A DNA stretch of 64,000 bases from Euprymna scolopes (taxonomy: Eukaryota). The notes under the pieces are model-generated. The model was not told where the DNA came from. It made no database searches and saw nothing but the letters and a program-made list of their open reading frames with translations. Made by a program: the position numbers and the translations under genes. The stretch lies in assembly GCA_053919585.1 (NCBI GenBank), contig CM132795.1. The stretch is one strand, 5' to 3'. Within the stretch, counting starts at the first letter, position 1. Each line of letters opens with the position of its first letter. Below are positions 50,298-63,075 of the stretch, one piece after another.

Positions 50298-53200
50298 ATT
50301 ACCTGCAACATGAAATCGACCAACCTGCCTGCAACCTGAAGTGGAACAACCTGCAATATGTCTATATGTTGGCCGAAATCGGCCCACCGCAGATACGTCG
50401 AAGTGGATAGCGACGGCAGTGCGTGACAGGAAGAGAAATGACAATTGCAATTCCTATCTGGAAACTAAGCAGCGACTACCATTTCGTAAAAGCTTTGCCC
50501 TTGTCACGTGCGTTGGTGAACTGAATCAGTCAAAAACAACAAAACAAAGCTATTTCGGCACTGAAAGACTATCTTCATGGACGCTCTAGAACACCCCGGA
50601 AAAACTGGGTAACATTCACCTGGGTACGAGCGAAGATTACCATAAAAATAAACGGAACCTTCAAAAGTATGGCTTTGTATATGACCCCCGGTGTTCTTGT
50701 GGCACTGACATGCAGACTCTCGCACTCATTCGAACAAACTGCCTTCTAAGCGAGGCATGATTCAATGTTGATCTGAGGGGTGTTTCAGATACTGCTTGAT
50801 GATGGATCTGAAGATGAAGTAAAACGGCATTAGTATGATAATGATAACCTTTTTTATAACTCATGTGTAAGCCTTACGAAGGCTTCTTTGTTTCTGAGCA
50901 CTGACACTGTAATTACATTATGAAAACAATAATTATCATACTTGTTATTTCGCTTTCAACAGTTTGTCATTACTTACCTTTGTCCCTTCGAACGTGGAAT
51001 TAGAAAAAATGTCGATTTTTATATGAGAATAATCGATGTATATAATAACGTGCATTTCACATGGCGATAAAAATAAAATTTGCCTCAAACTTGACCGATA
51101 TTTCTTCTCATTGACTAGATTAGAAAGAATACATATTTATATGACAATAGATACAATACCACGCTCATAGCCACAATGAACGTTACGAACAAATGAAGAA
51201 TTGTTTTTACATTATTTTTTGTATTAGTTTCCATTTCTTCATATTTCTTTTACAAATTGTAAATAGTTTATTTTCATTTATTGTTACACATAATGGCTTT
51301 ACTGAGTAATATATTCAGTTTTACCCCGGTAAATAAGAGAGCGCCTCCTAATACATGTCCAATTAATGTTTCTTATTGTTACAAAGAACATAATATGTAG
51401 TATGTGCTAAAACAGCTATAAAATATAAGATCCAACAACATAAACCAGGGTAGTTCTTATTTGCAAGAGTGGAAGCAAAGAAATGCAAATACAAATAACA
51501 ATAATAAAATACATGTAGATATTTATTGAAGGCTGTAATAAAATTTTCTCAAGTCAAGAAGTAGAAAGCAGACAATATATCACGTGGCGAAAATACATTA
51601 ATATATGTACAAATTAGTTGTACATGACGCCAATCACTGCCTTTTTTATAATATATTTGCATGTAAAGTTTCTAAACTTACACTGGAAATATACTGCAAG
51701 AAAAGGGTAATATACCGTGGAATTATTTAAAAACGCAATGTTAAAGTTGAGTAAGCTTGTCTATGTTTATTTTCCTTTGTTTCCTTGATCCGAATTAAAG
51801 TAAAAAAAAACTCTCATGAAATATACATGTTGCATAAACTTAGTTGGAGCATTTCCAGGTAAAGGATTTTCATTTTAAATGTGTCTGTGCTAACAAGAAA
51901 ATATCCTTTTACTTCTGTGTCTTAACACATAGTTATACTATTAAAACGATTCCAGGTTACTGTTCTATTTCTTTAAATTCTTAATAAAGTAATGGTGTTG
52001 CGTTGTATTACAAAGTTTGTAATCATACAAGCCTTTCAGATATTTGACACACGGCATAATAAAGTTGACAAACTGATTTTCGTAATATCACTGAAGGTAA
52101 GCGACATTGATCCTGGTTAGTACCATATGGCTTACCATTTTTCAATAGCAGAAACATAATAATAATACCACTGGAAATCGTTTGTGAATTTCATACTCAC
52201 ATAAACCGTACTTCTTCTGAAGGAGCTGGCTCAAGACACCAAGGCTGTGTGCCGTTTCGTTATGGTAGGATACCAACTATTATTTGCTTGTGAGTTGTGT
52301 AGTATATGTTCGTTTGGCATAGTAATAATTATCTAGTCTTGTTTTAACTAATCACGACAGAATTCTTAGGGGCTAAGATAATAAACACATCACTCTATTT
52401 TTCTTTGGATAACATCAGCCTACAGAAGCTCACAAAAAAGCCGTTTAAAGTTACATGATGTTTACGTTTTGTTGAAAAAAATACCAAAATAAACTGATTT
52501 GCACATATTGGATATTAACAGAATTGTCAGTAATAATGCTAAAGTATACTAGATTGACATCAATTGTGACTACTTTATTTTGCGTGAAGGTTAATGAAGC
52601 TTTATTCTTCCAAACAAAATTTTATATTAAAATGCAAATCAATAAATACAAACGATATTTAAATACTTTATTTTTTTTAGAGAATAATCGTATCAACATA
52701 CCTCATCTCAACGAATCACAGAGATGTAACTTACGTTAGAGTGCATGACACTACAGATCTACAGGAAATAAAATGCCAGCACTTATTGGTCTATCATGTG
52801 ACTCTTAATTCTATCAATTACATATATTTCCCCGGTAGTATTTGTGTTTGGGTTGAGAGTATAGTTGTATTCTATATTGTGCGAACTAAGAGTTGAAACA
52901 AACTAAATACACAAATGAAAACTGATACAGTAACACTTTTAAATTAAACGATACATTATTCTTCACAATAACTGACGCATAACAGCTATTTTTTTACGAT
53001 AAGGAATACATAAAATAGAAAGACTGGTAATTATATAGATTTTGACTTTTTCCAGTTAAGAGTGGTTTGCTTTAAAGTAACCCTGCATGTTACCTTAGTG
53101 ACTTATTTTACTAATTCTCTCTGACAACTAAAACCCTAACGCGAGCTATCTTGTAAGGAGCCTTAGTAATATCCCTTATCAGAACTAATCCTCATTGTTT

Positions 53201-53584
53201 TATCTTTTAGTTAAGCTTCGAAAATAGAGCCACGATGTATTTTAACAGGCCATTTCTCAGATTATCAGTTAGAAAATTCTTTGCCCTACAGCTTTTCGCA
53301 ACTATATCATATGACGAATATATGGATACTGATATAAAACTAAAACAGTTCATGTATGTGAAGCTTACCTAGTTCTCGTCACTGTTGGATTGTCATTAGT
53401 GGATCCGAGATTGTATCTAAGTAATGCACTGCATAAATACTACTAAAATGCTTTTACGTAATACTTTTTTTAGATTGCATGGTGAAACATAGTAAAAATA
53501 AAAATAATCACACAAAAATACACTAAATGTAAATGATAAAAGAATAAGAAAGAACATACTTGATAAAGACAAAACAAATAAGCC

Positions 53585-53693
53585 TGTTGTTTAAAGAAGG
53601 AAAGGGGGAAAAAAGCGAAATAACGCTTGACTTGCAAAGACTAATTCTTTTTTTATTTCTTTAATTGGGTCGTCCTCAACTAAGAACACTTCA
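53585..53693 (+). repeat. 5' LTR remnant (centre deleted)
   Basis: TGTTGTTTAAAG... and CTTGCAAAGACTAATTCTTTTTTT...GTCCTCAACTAAGAACACTTCA match the two ends of 60738-61089. Confidence 0.65.
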
Positions 53694-53706
53694 CGCTATT
53701 TCGGTG

Positions 53707-54400
53707 ATGGCTACCGGCCTGAACAAAATTATAAAGCCGTTCAGTGTCGAAGGCGATGTGGTGGCTTGGTTAAAGAAAGTCGACCTAATGGAAAAGCTCC
53801 AAAAGATAGGCGAGGTTGCCACAGTTACACCGTTGTTCTTGGAGGGTGAAGCGATGACCCTATATTTGGAGCTGAGCTTCCATGAACATGAGGACGCTGA
53901 GACGATCATAGCCAGATTGATCCAGACATTCGCGGAAGGGCCGTTTGAGGCGTACAATAAATAAAAAGAGAAGAGGTGGACGGGAGAATTCGTCGATCAG
54001 TATGTAAATGACGTCAAAAGATTGGTGGAACCGGCAAGACTTAGCAAAAAAGGCATTTGTTACCGAGTTCCCGGAGTATATTTCCAAGAGGCTGCAGCAG
54101 GGCCCAGGTATCGAGACTTTGGAGGTGAGTGATCTGCTTCTAACTGCAAGAATAGTAGTTAGCGGACAAGCCTCTGGGGCCTTAGGAACGTTGGAAACAG
54201 CACGGAAGGATGAGCAAAAACCACCCGATACCGCGAGGCGCATGTTTTGAATGTGGGGTACCCGATCCTGCGGAGAGACTGCAGGAAGTTTTTGGAAAGA
54301 ACTGTGCGCTACAGATGTAACCAAAGGGTTCACATGGCAGTTAACTGCAAGAGCCCGGGAAACTGTCAAGGGGGAGCCGAAGTGCCAGCGGCTGCCCTGA
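53707..54400 (+). pseudogene. Gypsy gag (stop and frameshifts)
   Basis: IKPFSVEGDVVAWLKKVDL...PLFLEGEA..LYLEL, and zinc knuckle CYRCNQRVHMAVNC at ~54305-54350. Confidence 0.8.
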
Positions 54401-54427
54401 CTTGGGAATAATGGCGCGCTACAGCAG

Positions 54428-55335
54428 ATGCCTAAGCGTGAAATTTTGATGGAAGGACACGAAGCTTTGGCCCTGATCGATACTGGATGTGCCACTAACA
54501 TGGTGCACACTAGCCTTACCAGAGGATGGAAAGGGAAGGGTGAAGTAGTGGCATTCGATGGGCCACGAGTGAAATGTCGAGGGAGGAGGACTGTCACAAT
54601 TGAAATCGCGGATCACCGGATCAGAGTCCATGCGGTTGTCACTGATCACCTGGGTCCTGGCGTCCAACCGATTGTCGGAATATATGTAATATTCCAACTT
54701 GGAGGTGTCAGTGTCGGCAGCAATACCATCAGGTTCGGACCAGCTGGATGTGCAGTAACAAAGCAGGTCAACGAAGGAATCACACAGGTTGGAGAAAAGA
54801 AATGGATATCAATAAGTGATCCGGATTTTAGAGCGGAATTCGATGGGAATCATTGGACAGTAGAAAGGGAATGGAAGAATGAACCACCTACGTTAACAAA
54901 CGGGGTGGCATGTTACGATAACTCGCTCAAAGGAGGAGCAAGTAAGGATTTTGAACAAGAAGTGGACAGATGGATTGAGGGGGGAATACTGTTGCCGTTG
55001 ACAAATGACGTCGAATCGGGCATCTTGCCATTAATGGCCGTTCTGCAACCAACAAAAGAAAAGGTCAGACCAGTACTAGATTTCCGAGAATTAAACCGAC
55101 ACGTCGAGTTCTATAATGGGGGTGATGCTATCGATATATGCAGTGAGACCATCAGAGAATATAGGCCAATGAATGGTGCCTCTAAGTTGGCCATTCTAAA
55201 CTATGCCTATTTGCAACTCCGCGTTGCCAAGAAAATCTGGAAGTACCAGTTGGTCAGCTATAAAGGCAGTACCTACTGCCTTACGAGGGTGGGGTTCGAG
55301 CTGAACTCGGCACTCAAGATCGTGAAACCCATTCT
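54428..55335 (+). pseudogene. Gypsy pol 5' part: aspartic protease plus RT N-terminal half
   Basis: ORF 54428-55438: ALIDTGC, GILPLMAVLQPTKEKVRPVLDFRELN, YCLTRVGF. The frame runs into the LINE poly(T) after 55335. Confidence 0.88.
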
Positions 55336-55465
55336 TTTTTTTTACATAGGCATCACCACATTATCAAGGCCAAGAGGCCACTCAAGGATAAGGCTTATAG
55401 AGTGTACAGTAGAAATTGGACATTATAGTAATCATTAGTAATGAAAATTTGGTAAAGTTGATAAC

Positions 55466-58381
55466 TTATATGGAACGGCTCATCAAGAACTTATTTACGT
55501 TAGACTTGAAGACAACCATATTGTAGTCAGCCGGAAAGCAGGAAAACGGAAGACAATTCCACAGGCGTGCAGTTCTAATAAAAAAAGGTTTGTTCATGGA
55601 ATCTACGTTAAGGTTTAGGCACAGATAAAGAGTGGGGGGAATTATTGATAGTGTTTACAGCTAGACGAGTGTTTCTTGTGAAAGTTTGGCGAGGGGGGAC
55701 CATAGATTGAAGCTCATTCGAACACTTTCCATGAAAATAGCGATACATCAGAGACAAACTCGCAACATCTCTTCTGTGAGATAAAGGTTGTAAGGAAGAG
55801 AAAAATACATCTCCCACGAGGCTACGAAGTCTATTTTGAACTCTATCAAGGCAGGCCAAGTCCTTTCTAGCAGCTCCTGCCCAGATGTGGCAACAGTATT
55901 CCATCCTTGGACGTACCTGGCTCTTATATAGATAGAGAATAGCATCAGCAGTGAGATATCTACTGGATCGATATAAAGATCCCACCATTTTTCCAGCGGC
56001 CTTGGCAACAGATTTGATGTACGTGTTCCATTTAAGATCAGGAGTAATGGTCAAGTTAAGAAGTTTGTCAAAACTTGAGGCCTCCTGAAGACGGGAGCCA
56101 TTCATTTCAATTGATGTCAGATGTAGACCAGAATGTTGATGATGTAGAGAGAGAAGCTTGGTTTTAGATGCATTAACAGTAACCAGCCATTCTTTACCCC
56201 ATTGTACTACGTGCTCAAGATCAGAGGAGAGAGAATTGGAGAGAATTTGGTCGTTTACTGTCTTAGATGTGCTACCATAAATGGTAGTGTCGTCAGCATA
56301 GATGTCTACAAATGATGTAAGGATGTGATTTGGAAGATCATTAATGTAGATCAGGAAAAGAGTTGGGCCCAGGATGGACCCCTGAGGGACACCGGCATTA
56401 ATACTGTGAGCTTGTGATTTTTGCCCCTTAACTATTACTCTTATGAACCTATCAGAAAGAAATGATTTAATAATTGAGAAGACTTTTCCAGCAATACCAT
56501 AGCTAGAGATCTTATGAAGTAAACCTTTATGCCATACCCTATCAAAGGCCTTAGATATGTCAAGAGCAATTGCCCTAGAAAGGTTGCCTCCGTCGAGAGA
56601 TTTGTTAATCCTATGAGATATAACTGTAAGCACATCTGCTGTAGATCTAACAGAACGGAAACCGTATTGAGTGTCAGTAAGAAGGTTATTTTTGTTGAGA
56701 TGGTTGATTACTTCTGTATTTAATACAGATTTCAGCATCTTACTCATGACGCACAGGAGACTTATTGGCCTGTACTGAGAGGGGGATGAGCTATAACCTG
56801 AATTCTTAAATACAGGGCATACTGATGAAATTTTCCAGGGAGATGGGAGACTATTCTCCTTAAAGCAACGTTTAAACAGTTTTGTAAGTATGGGCGCTAA
56901 TTCAGGTTGAAGTTTTTTGAGTACTATAATTGGAATACCGTCAGGGCCAGTTGGTTTACTGGAATCAAGGTTTTTGATTAGCTTGGCAACCTCACGTATA
57001 TATATACGTATATCACATAGCGTGTTTTCTGATACAGGATGCAATATTGGGGGTTGGCGGCCTTGATCGCAAAGGGTAGAATTAGCTGCGAAGTTCTTGA
57101 CAAAGAGTTTGGCTTTGTCTGATGCTGACGATATTACCTCAGGTCCATTGATAATAGTTGGGATGGAGCACACGCTTCTGTTCAGGTTCTGTTGGCTATT
57201 TGCCCAAACTGGTGGGAACCAAGCCGCTGCTCAGCTACTTTGGACTTAACAGATAGAGCATACAACTCTCTTGCATTCTTTATTACTTTCTTGCAATGGT
57301 TGCTGGCAGTCCTGAAAGCGGCTTTAGTTTTCATACATCTATTACGTTGGAAACAGTGGAAAAAGTGATTTCTGTGCGCAATGGCAGCAGCACATTCTGG
57401 AGAGAACCATGGCTGACTGTTAGGTTTTTGCTGAAACTTTTTCGAGGGTATGAAACGGTCAATACCTACAATTAACCATTCCGTCAGGTCTAATTCTATA
57501 GAGGACACATTCTTTTTAAACATGGAATGCAGAGGTTGATCAGATATAAATGTACGGAAGCTATCCCAGTCAGCCTTAGTGTATCGATATACTGTACGAT
57601 GGAGAGGTACGTCTGGGTACTTATTACATTTCATTTTTATCTTAATTGATACAACAGAGTGGTCGGAAGAGCCAAGAGGCGACAGAACAGAAACTGAACA
57701 TAGTTCAGGGCAAGTTGTGAGAAAAAGATCTAGTAGGCTCGCATACTAGCCATCATTGTCGGGCACACGGGTGGGTTCCTGAACAATCTGAGTGAGGTCA
57801 TAGGCAATGGATAAATCATGACAGAACCTCCCCTCATCATCGGTCTTGTTTGAGTGGCTCAACCATTCGACGTTGTGAACATTGAAGTCACCACATACGT
57901 GAATGTTAGCTGAAGGATAAGCAGATAAGACTTGGTCAATTTTCTTAGATATGATTTGAAAGATAGTAACTCCGCTGTTATGGGGGCGATAGAGAGTAAA
58001 TATAAATGCCGTAGTGTGAACTAAAGCAACCCGGAAGCGCATATAGGGTAATTTAGGATCTTCCCGGGAGATGTCCCTACCGCATGGAAAGTTATCCCTA
58101 ATATAGGCACATATTCCATGCCCATGGCGATCTTAGGGGTCAGATTTAGAAGTTAAGTTAGAGTATACTTTAATTGCGAACTCTTCTAGGGAAATAGCCT
58201 GTCCAATGCCAGTTTCACTTAAAAATAAAAGGTCTGGTTTAGTCTCCTGTAATTGGGTTTCAACCTCTGGAAGGTTAGAACGTAGACCCCTGATTTTGGA
58301 GAAGGAGACATGGTAGTAGGAGTCTACGTTGGAAGTTGGAGAACCGGGTTTAATCGTGTATTTTTTCTTGAAACTTGTCAT
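55466..58381 (-). pseudogene. LINE ORF: apurinic endonuclease plus reverse transcriptase (~970 codons, few lesions)
   Basis: APE motifs (N)IRGL, FLSET, LYRP, GDFNVH, LDLFLT, LGSSDH. RT motifs GPDGI, YRPISLL, QYGFR, LDISKAFDRVWH, GVPQGSILGPTLF, YADD. C-terminus PLSHRRDVASLSLMYRYFHGKCS.EL. Spread over ORFs 58133-58546, 57746-58042, 57182-57634 and 55608-57173. Confidence 0.93.
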
Positions 58382-58504
58382 GATGAATTTTTGGAATTTG
58401 TGGACTAGGTCGTCAGATTTACTTAGAGCAGGACAGAGAGGGGAAACTAAGAGAGAAAAAGAAACGAAGATTTTTTTTTTATTTGTAGCTAATGATAAGG
58501 TAAA

Positions 58505-58735
58505 GCCGTAACAATTACCCACTAGTATGGCATCGAGAGGCCCCACCAGAAGCTACTGCATGGTCCAGAATCCATTCACCAAATGGCAATACAGCAGCCC
58601 CAGTACTTTGCACCTGCTGATAGGACAGCCTCCTTGGTGGTTAATCCAAGGTTCGGGTCCCTGACTATCAGGCGGATAACGTCAGCCCAGACAAAACGTT
58701 TACCTTCAGCACCCTTACTAGTGACATGGCTACAA
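58505..58735 (-). promoter_or_regulatory. Structured RNA domain in the LINE 5' UTR
   Basis: Nested complementary segments: 58520-58527/58716-58723 (8 bp), 58617-58623/58665-58671 (7 bp), 58632-58637/58646-58651 (6 bp), 58549-58561/58589-58601 (13 bp with G-U pairs that work on the minus strand only). Confidence 0.55.
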
Positions 58736-59190
58736 GGATAGACATAGAAACAGAAAATTTCCGCCATCTCTGCCAACTGTTCGCGCAAAATACTGCCAAC
58801 CTAAAAAAACAGCTTTTTCTTCTCCCTTTGTCAGAAAAATCACTCATTAAAAAATGAGGACTGAGGGTCAAATAAGAAGAAGCGAGAGTAACAGGAGCTG
58901 CCGATAACGCATCCACAATGCGTTTTCTACTCTCCATTAAAAAAAAAACAAAAAACTATTAAGTATTGTACTTAATAAAAGTCCAACGGACGTGTTTAAG
59001 GGAAAGTATGGCGATAGATTCCCTCCCACGAACTAAGAATGAGTACAAATTCGTAATCTATTTTTGCAATCAACTTGGTAGATAAATAAACATTTATGGA
59101 CGAGAAAAAAAGCTAGCATTTAATAAAACAGAAATACATAAATTAAATACTGAAATAAAATGGAGTTATTAATATTTGAATCTAAGGAAG

Positions 59191-60730
59191 ATTCTAGAAA
59201 AATGGAAAAAGGACAATGCGCCGTGAACTCATATATCGACGACATCCTAGTGAATAAAACTCTTGTGACTGTAGCGGAGGTCATGATTCAATTTAAGAAG
59301 TTCGGGTTGGTTGTCAAGGCACCGGGAGAATTGGATGGAGGGCGGCTTGAAACGAAATGCGCCGGGTGGCTGGAATTTCGAAGAGGAAATGAGATCACAC
59401 AAATTAAAGAAGAGCTCAACAAGTGGGAGCTTATTTCGATATGCGTCAGGCTGATGAGGCATTACCCCATTACCGGCTGGCTTAGACTAGCATGCAGTTA
59501 CATCAAGAGGCATGCTGAATGTAGAGGTTGGCATGATAGAGTGGGGGGAAGAACGACCGCTTTGATTGAAGAGGTCATAAAAAAGTAAAAAAGCAAGACC
59601 CAATTCAGGGAACGTGAAACGTGCCGCAAACACTGGATGGAGTCGTGTCGTGTAATGCAATCAGTGTTGCAACAGTGGTTATATAGGAAGTTGGTGGAGC
59701 AGTTGCATAGGATGCGGCCTGGCTACAGAAGAAGGATGATGCTAACGACATTAATGTAGCAGAATTGAATGCAGAGGAGTTAATCTGGCTTTAAAATGGG
59801 GATTACGCAACATCTATGTGAAAACAGACTCTGCCACTGTGTTTGCTTGGCTGAAATCGACGATTTCACATAACAAAAAAATAACAACGAAAGGGGCAGC
59901 AGAGATGCTAGTGAAGCGTAGGCTCGGGATGCTGGCTGATCTGATGTAGGAGTTTTCTTTGAAGCTGCGCGTAATCATTGTTGCCCTTGAGAAGAACAAA
60001 TCGGATGCTCTCACAAGAGTGAGAAAAAGCTGACTCATGTCAAAAAAAGAGCATATGCTGCTGTGATTTATCTGGATACTTCTGGGTGCAAGAGTTGCAC
60101 AATCTGCACCATATAGCGGTAGAGAGGACAGTGTACCTGGTGAGAAAAGTTGATCTGAGTGTACCAAAGGAACAAGTAAAACAAGTAGTCAGGACTTGTT
60201 ACAAGTGTCAGTCGATTAACCCTGCTTCAAGGACACAATAAGCTGAAGAACTAAGTGTGACTGGGACCTGAGAAAGACTCGCAGTTGATGTCACCCACTA
60301 CAGGGGTGGTGGTTACATGACAATGGTAGACTGTGGCCCGGGCGCTTTGCCCTATGGAAAAGGCTGCGTGCTGAAACGGGTAGCGAAATAGTAGCGGCCC
60401 TTGACGTGGGGTTTCTAGTGCGCGGTCCGGTGGAAGAAGGTTGAGCCGGCAACCACGAAGATGGAGACAACAGGGACCATAAAACTCGGTGAAGAAGTAA
60501 TGGTGAAGCCCCCAGGGACGCGATGTACCACACAATGGAGCAAAGGACGCATAACTGGGAATAATACTAGCAACAACGTTGGGGTAGATTGAGTGCCGAG
60601 ATATATTCTTGATATAAGGCCAGTGGTAAATGAAACGGTGGAAAGCGATGTGCAGCGGGAGAATAGCGAGACACTTCAGAGACCAAGTAGGGAAAGACGA
60701 CCGCCACAGTGTATGAGGGATTATGAAATG
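59191..60730 (+). pseudogene. Gypsy pol 3' part: RT C-terminal half, RNase H, truncated integrase
   Basis: ORF 59160-59588 with NSYIDDILV, HYPITGWLRLACSYIKR. RNase H and integrase motifs continue to ~60400; the integrase core is largely deleted. Confidence 0.85.
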
Positions 60731-60737
60731 TGATGCA

Positions 60738-61089
60738 TGTTATTTAAAGTTAGCAGAGGGAAAGGAAAAAAAAGAAAGGAAAACAGCAGATAAAACGAAC
60801 AGGTCTTATCGCGTCTGTGTCGGGCGAGGTTGGGCGAAAGAGAGGGAGAAATCAAGATGGCGCCCACAGTTTTAAAACGTGTGCTCTGGTGGAAGCCACG
60901 CAAAATCACGTGAAATCACGCGGGAGACATGTATAAAAGAGGCTGAAAGGTTAGGTCGGGGAGAGGCAGACAGAGTAAGGTTGGTGTCAGTGGTGATCTC
61001 AAACTACGGGGTTGTTGGCTTGCTAAGACGAATTCTTTTTTTTTCATTAATTTTGTTGTCCTAAACTCGGAACACTTCAAGTCCCAACG
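60738..61089 (+). repeat. 3' LTR of the plus-strand Gypsy
   Basis: Starts TGTTATTTAAAG, has a TATA-like GTATAAAAG (~60931), and its ends match 53585-53693. Confidence 0.7.
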
Positions 61090-61399
61090 AAATAAGTAAA
61101 TAACAATTTAACAAATGATGAAAAATAAAAAGGATAAAAACATCGACTTAAGAAAGTAAAAAAATACGAGGAACATTACAGTTTAAATTAATATTAATGC
61201 GTACACTAAAAATCCTGATGGGTAAAAATAATTTAAAAATCTGTTATTTTATCAAATACGTCCTTTCAATCGGAATAGTAAGAAATGAAAATATTATTTT
61301 TGCCTTCCCTGTCAGATACAAAGACTTAGTATTGGGAAAACATTATCCCTTACACGGATGTGTGCAGCTTACTAAATAATGACTGATCAAATTAGATCA

Positions 61400-62125
61400 C
61401 GACGGATCGACATAATGTATGCATAAAATCTGACGGCGACCGACGAAAAACAATTATATCCAAGGTGGAACAATATTGAAACGGAAGGACTGAGAGATAC
61501 ACTATAATAAAGGAAACAAGCCTGGATTGATGTAAGAAAGAGGAATAAATATAAAAAAATTGAGAAGGAAAAGAGAGGAAACCGTAAAAGGAAGAGGGAA
61601 GGGAAGGATAATAACATGTTAGACACAGAAATTAAATGGGAAAAATTCAAAAGCAATGATCAAAAGCGAGGACGAATAAGCTGGGAAGGAAAACATTGTA
61701 GAAATAGGACAAGACGGGAGGGACAGGTAAGAAAGATATCACATGTAAACACAAAAAAATGACAGCAAGAATGAGATGAGAATGGAAGGAAAAGAAAACA
61801 ACATAGAAAAAGAGAAAAGTGGTGAAAACGAAGAAGAACAAAATATTAATTAATCAATTAAAAATTAGGTCTAGAGCAAAACAAACAATAGAGATTAGAT
61901 TATGAACAGAGAGTGAGAATATCTTTTCACGTAAAAATGATACGAACAAAATAAGAGAGAGAGAGAGAGTGTAAGAACGTAGCAGCAGAGAGGAAAGTAG
62001 GAACTAAACCTAAGTGAAAAGAGGTAAACGGATGCAAAATTACTACATCCGAAAGAAAAAAAAAGAAGGAAAATAAATAACGATACGAGAGGGTAAAAGA
62101 AACAAACGAACGAGGCGGATATAAC
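61400..62125 (+). repeat. Purine-rich (A/G) low-complexity tract
   Basis: Strong strand asymmetry. It generates the Phe/Leu/Ser-rich spurious ORFs on the minus strand. Confidence 0.7.
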
Positions 62126-62979
62126 ATCTTAGTCCTTATTTATCGCATCTAAGACTGATATTTCTAAACAAAGACTGACCGACAGACGTAACATCTTTTG
62201 TCGATGCGGTAACTGAATTGAACACGATAACCTAAAAAGAAAAGAAAAGCATACTTTACCGAGATGGTAAAAAAAAGAAATAAAAACCGTCACTGGCACA
62301 TGCAAACTGCACGAATATACACCAAAAAAAAAAAAACAACAAAAAAAAACGAATAACTAAATAAAAGTAATGGTTGTCTGCCAAGGGAGACTGATTGGTC
62401 AGTCATGAATTGTTACTATAAAACTGCAACTGGAGAACTAAAAGAAATCGAACACATAATAAAAAAGAACCATTTTGCTTTGAAAGCGAAGCGTATTTTG
62501 TCAAAGAAGATATTTCAATAGACAGCATGGGATGTTTTATGCACAATTCGCACTACTCAACGACTTCGATAGACGTACTTTATATTCTGTTGCGTGAGAG
62601 AAAAGTGTATGTTTCTGTATTACTTTGTATGTATTTTTAATGTTAAAATAACGCATGATAGATTGAAGAACTCTGAACACGTTTTCAAAGAAATTCCCCA
62701 TGAATAAAGATCGGTTAAATAAATTTACCTTACTTAATTTTTTCTGAATATTGTTATAAGGACGTGTGGCATACCGGATAAAGTTGTAAATGATACTATT
62801 CTAGGGATTAAAAGTTAAATTCTTAGATTAGGTAGATATTCAGAATCTTATCTTCGAATTACTTAACACTTTTACTTTATAATGTTTCACGGTAGAAGAC
62901 AATGCAATATATATTGATTAAATATGATGAAATAAAGGATGCAGTGTAAAATTCTCTCAGGCTCACAGAGTTCGTGATT

Positions 62980-63075
62980 ATATCTATGAAGATGTTCGGA
63001 GGTTACATCAACCGAAACGTTATGAAAATAACACTAAAAATCAGAACAGTTGTAGGCTTCACATAAATGTAATTC
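62980..63075 (+). mobile_element. Solo arm of a family 2 hammerhead element
   Basis: ATGAAGA t gttcggaggttacatcaacc GAAA CGTT atgaaaataacac aligns with 14770-14850 and the reverse complement of 14311-14378. Confidence 0.55.

Larger units (their letters stand above)
55336..59190 (-). mobile_element. Near full-length single-ORF CR1/Zenon-type LINE nested in the Gypsy RT
   Basis: Poly(A) tail (T-run from ~55335), TSD ATTCT at 55331-55335 and 59191-59195, APE + RT ORF, no recognisable ORF1, ~810 bp 5' region. Confidence 0.92.
53585..61089 (+). mobile_element. Decayed Gypsy LTR retrotransposon interrupted by a LINE insertion
   Basis: Domain order gag, CCHC, PR (ALIDTG), RT (VRPVLDFRELN ... YIDD), RNase H (INVAEL, TDSATV, NKSDALTR), integrase (HHCC remnant, W.RLAVDVTHY). 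LTR-like direct repeats at 53585-53693 and 60738-61089. Confidence 0.9.

Noticed and set aside
50300-50960. GC-richer block abutting the truncated LTR, with a GGCCGAAATCGGCC hairpin and CCTGCAA repeats
   Set aside because: Probably another repeat, but no termini, TSD or coding motif could be defined.
53860-54597. 245-aa minus-strand ORF, and similar antisense ORFs over the mariners and the LINE
   Set aside because: Shadow frames of TE coding sequence with no motifs of their own.
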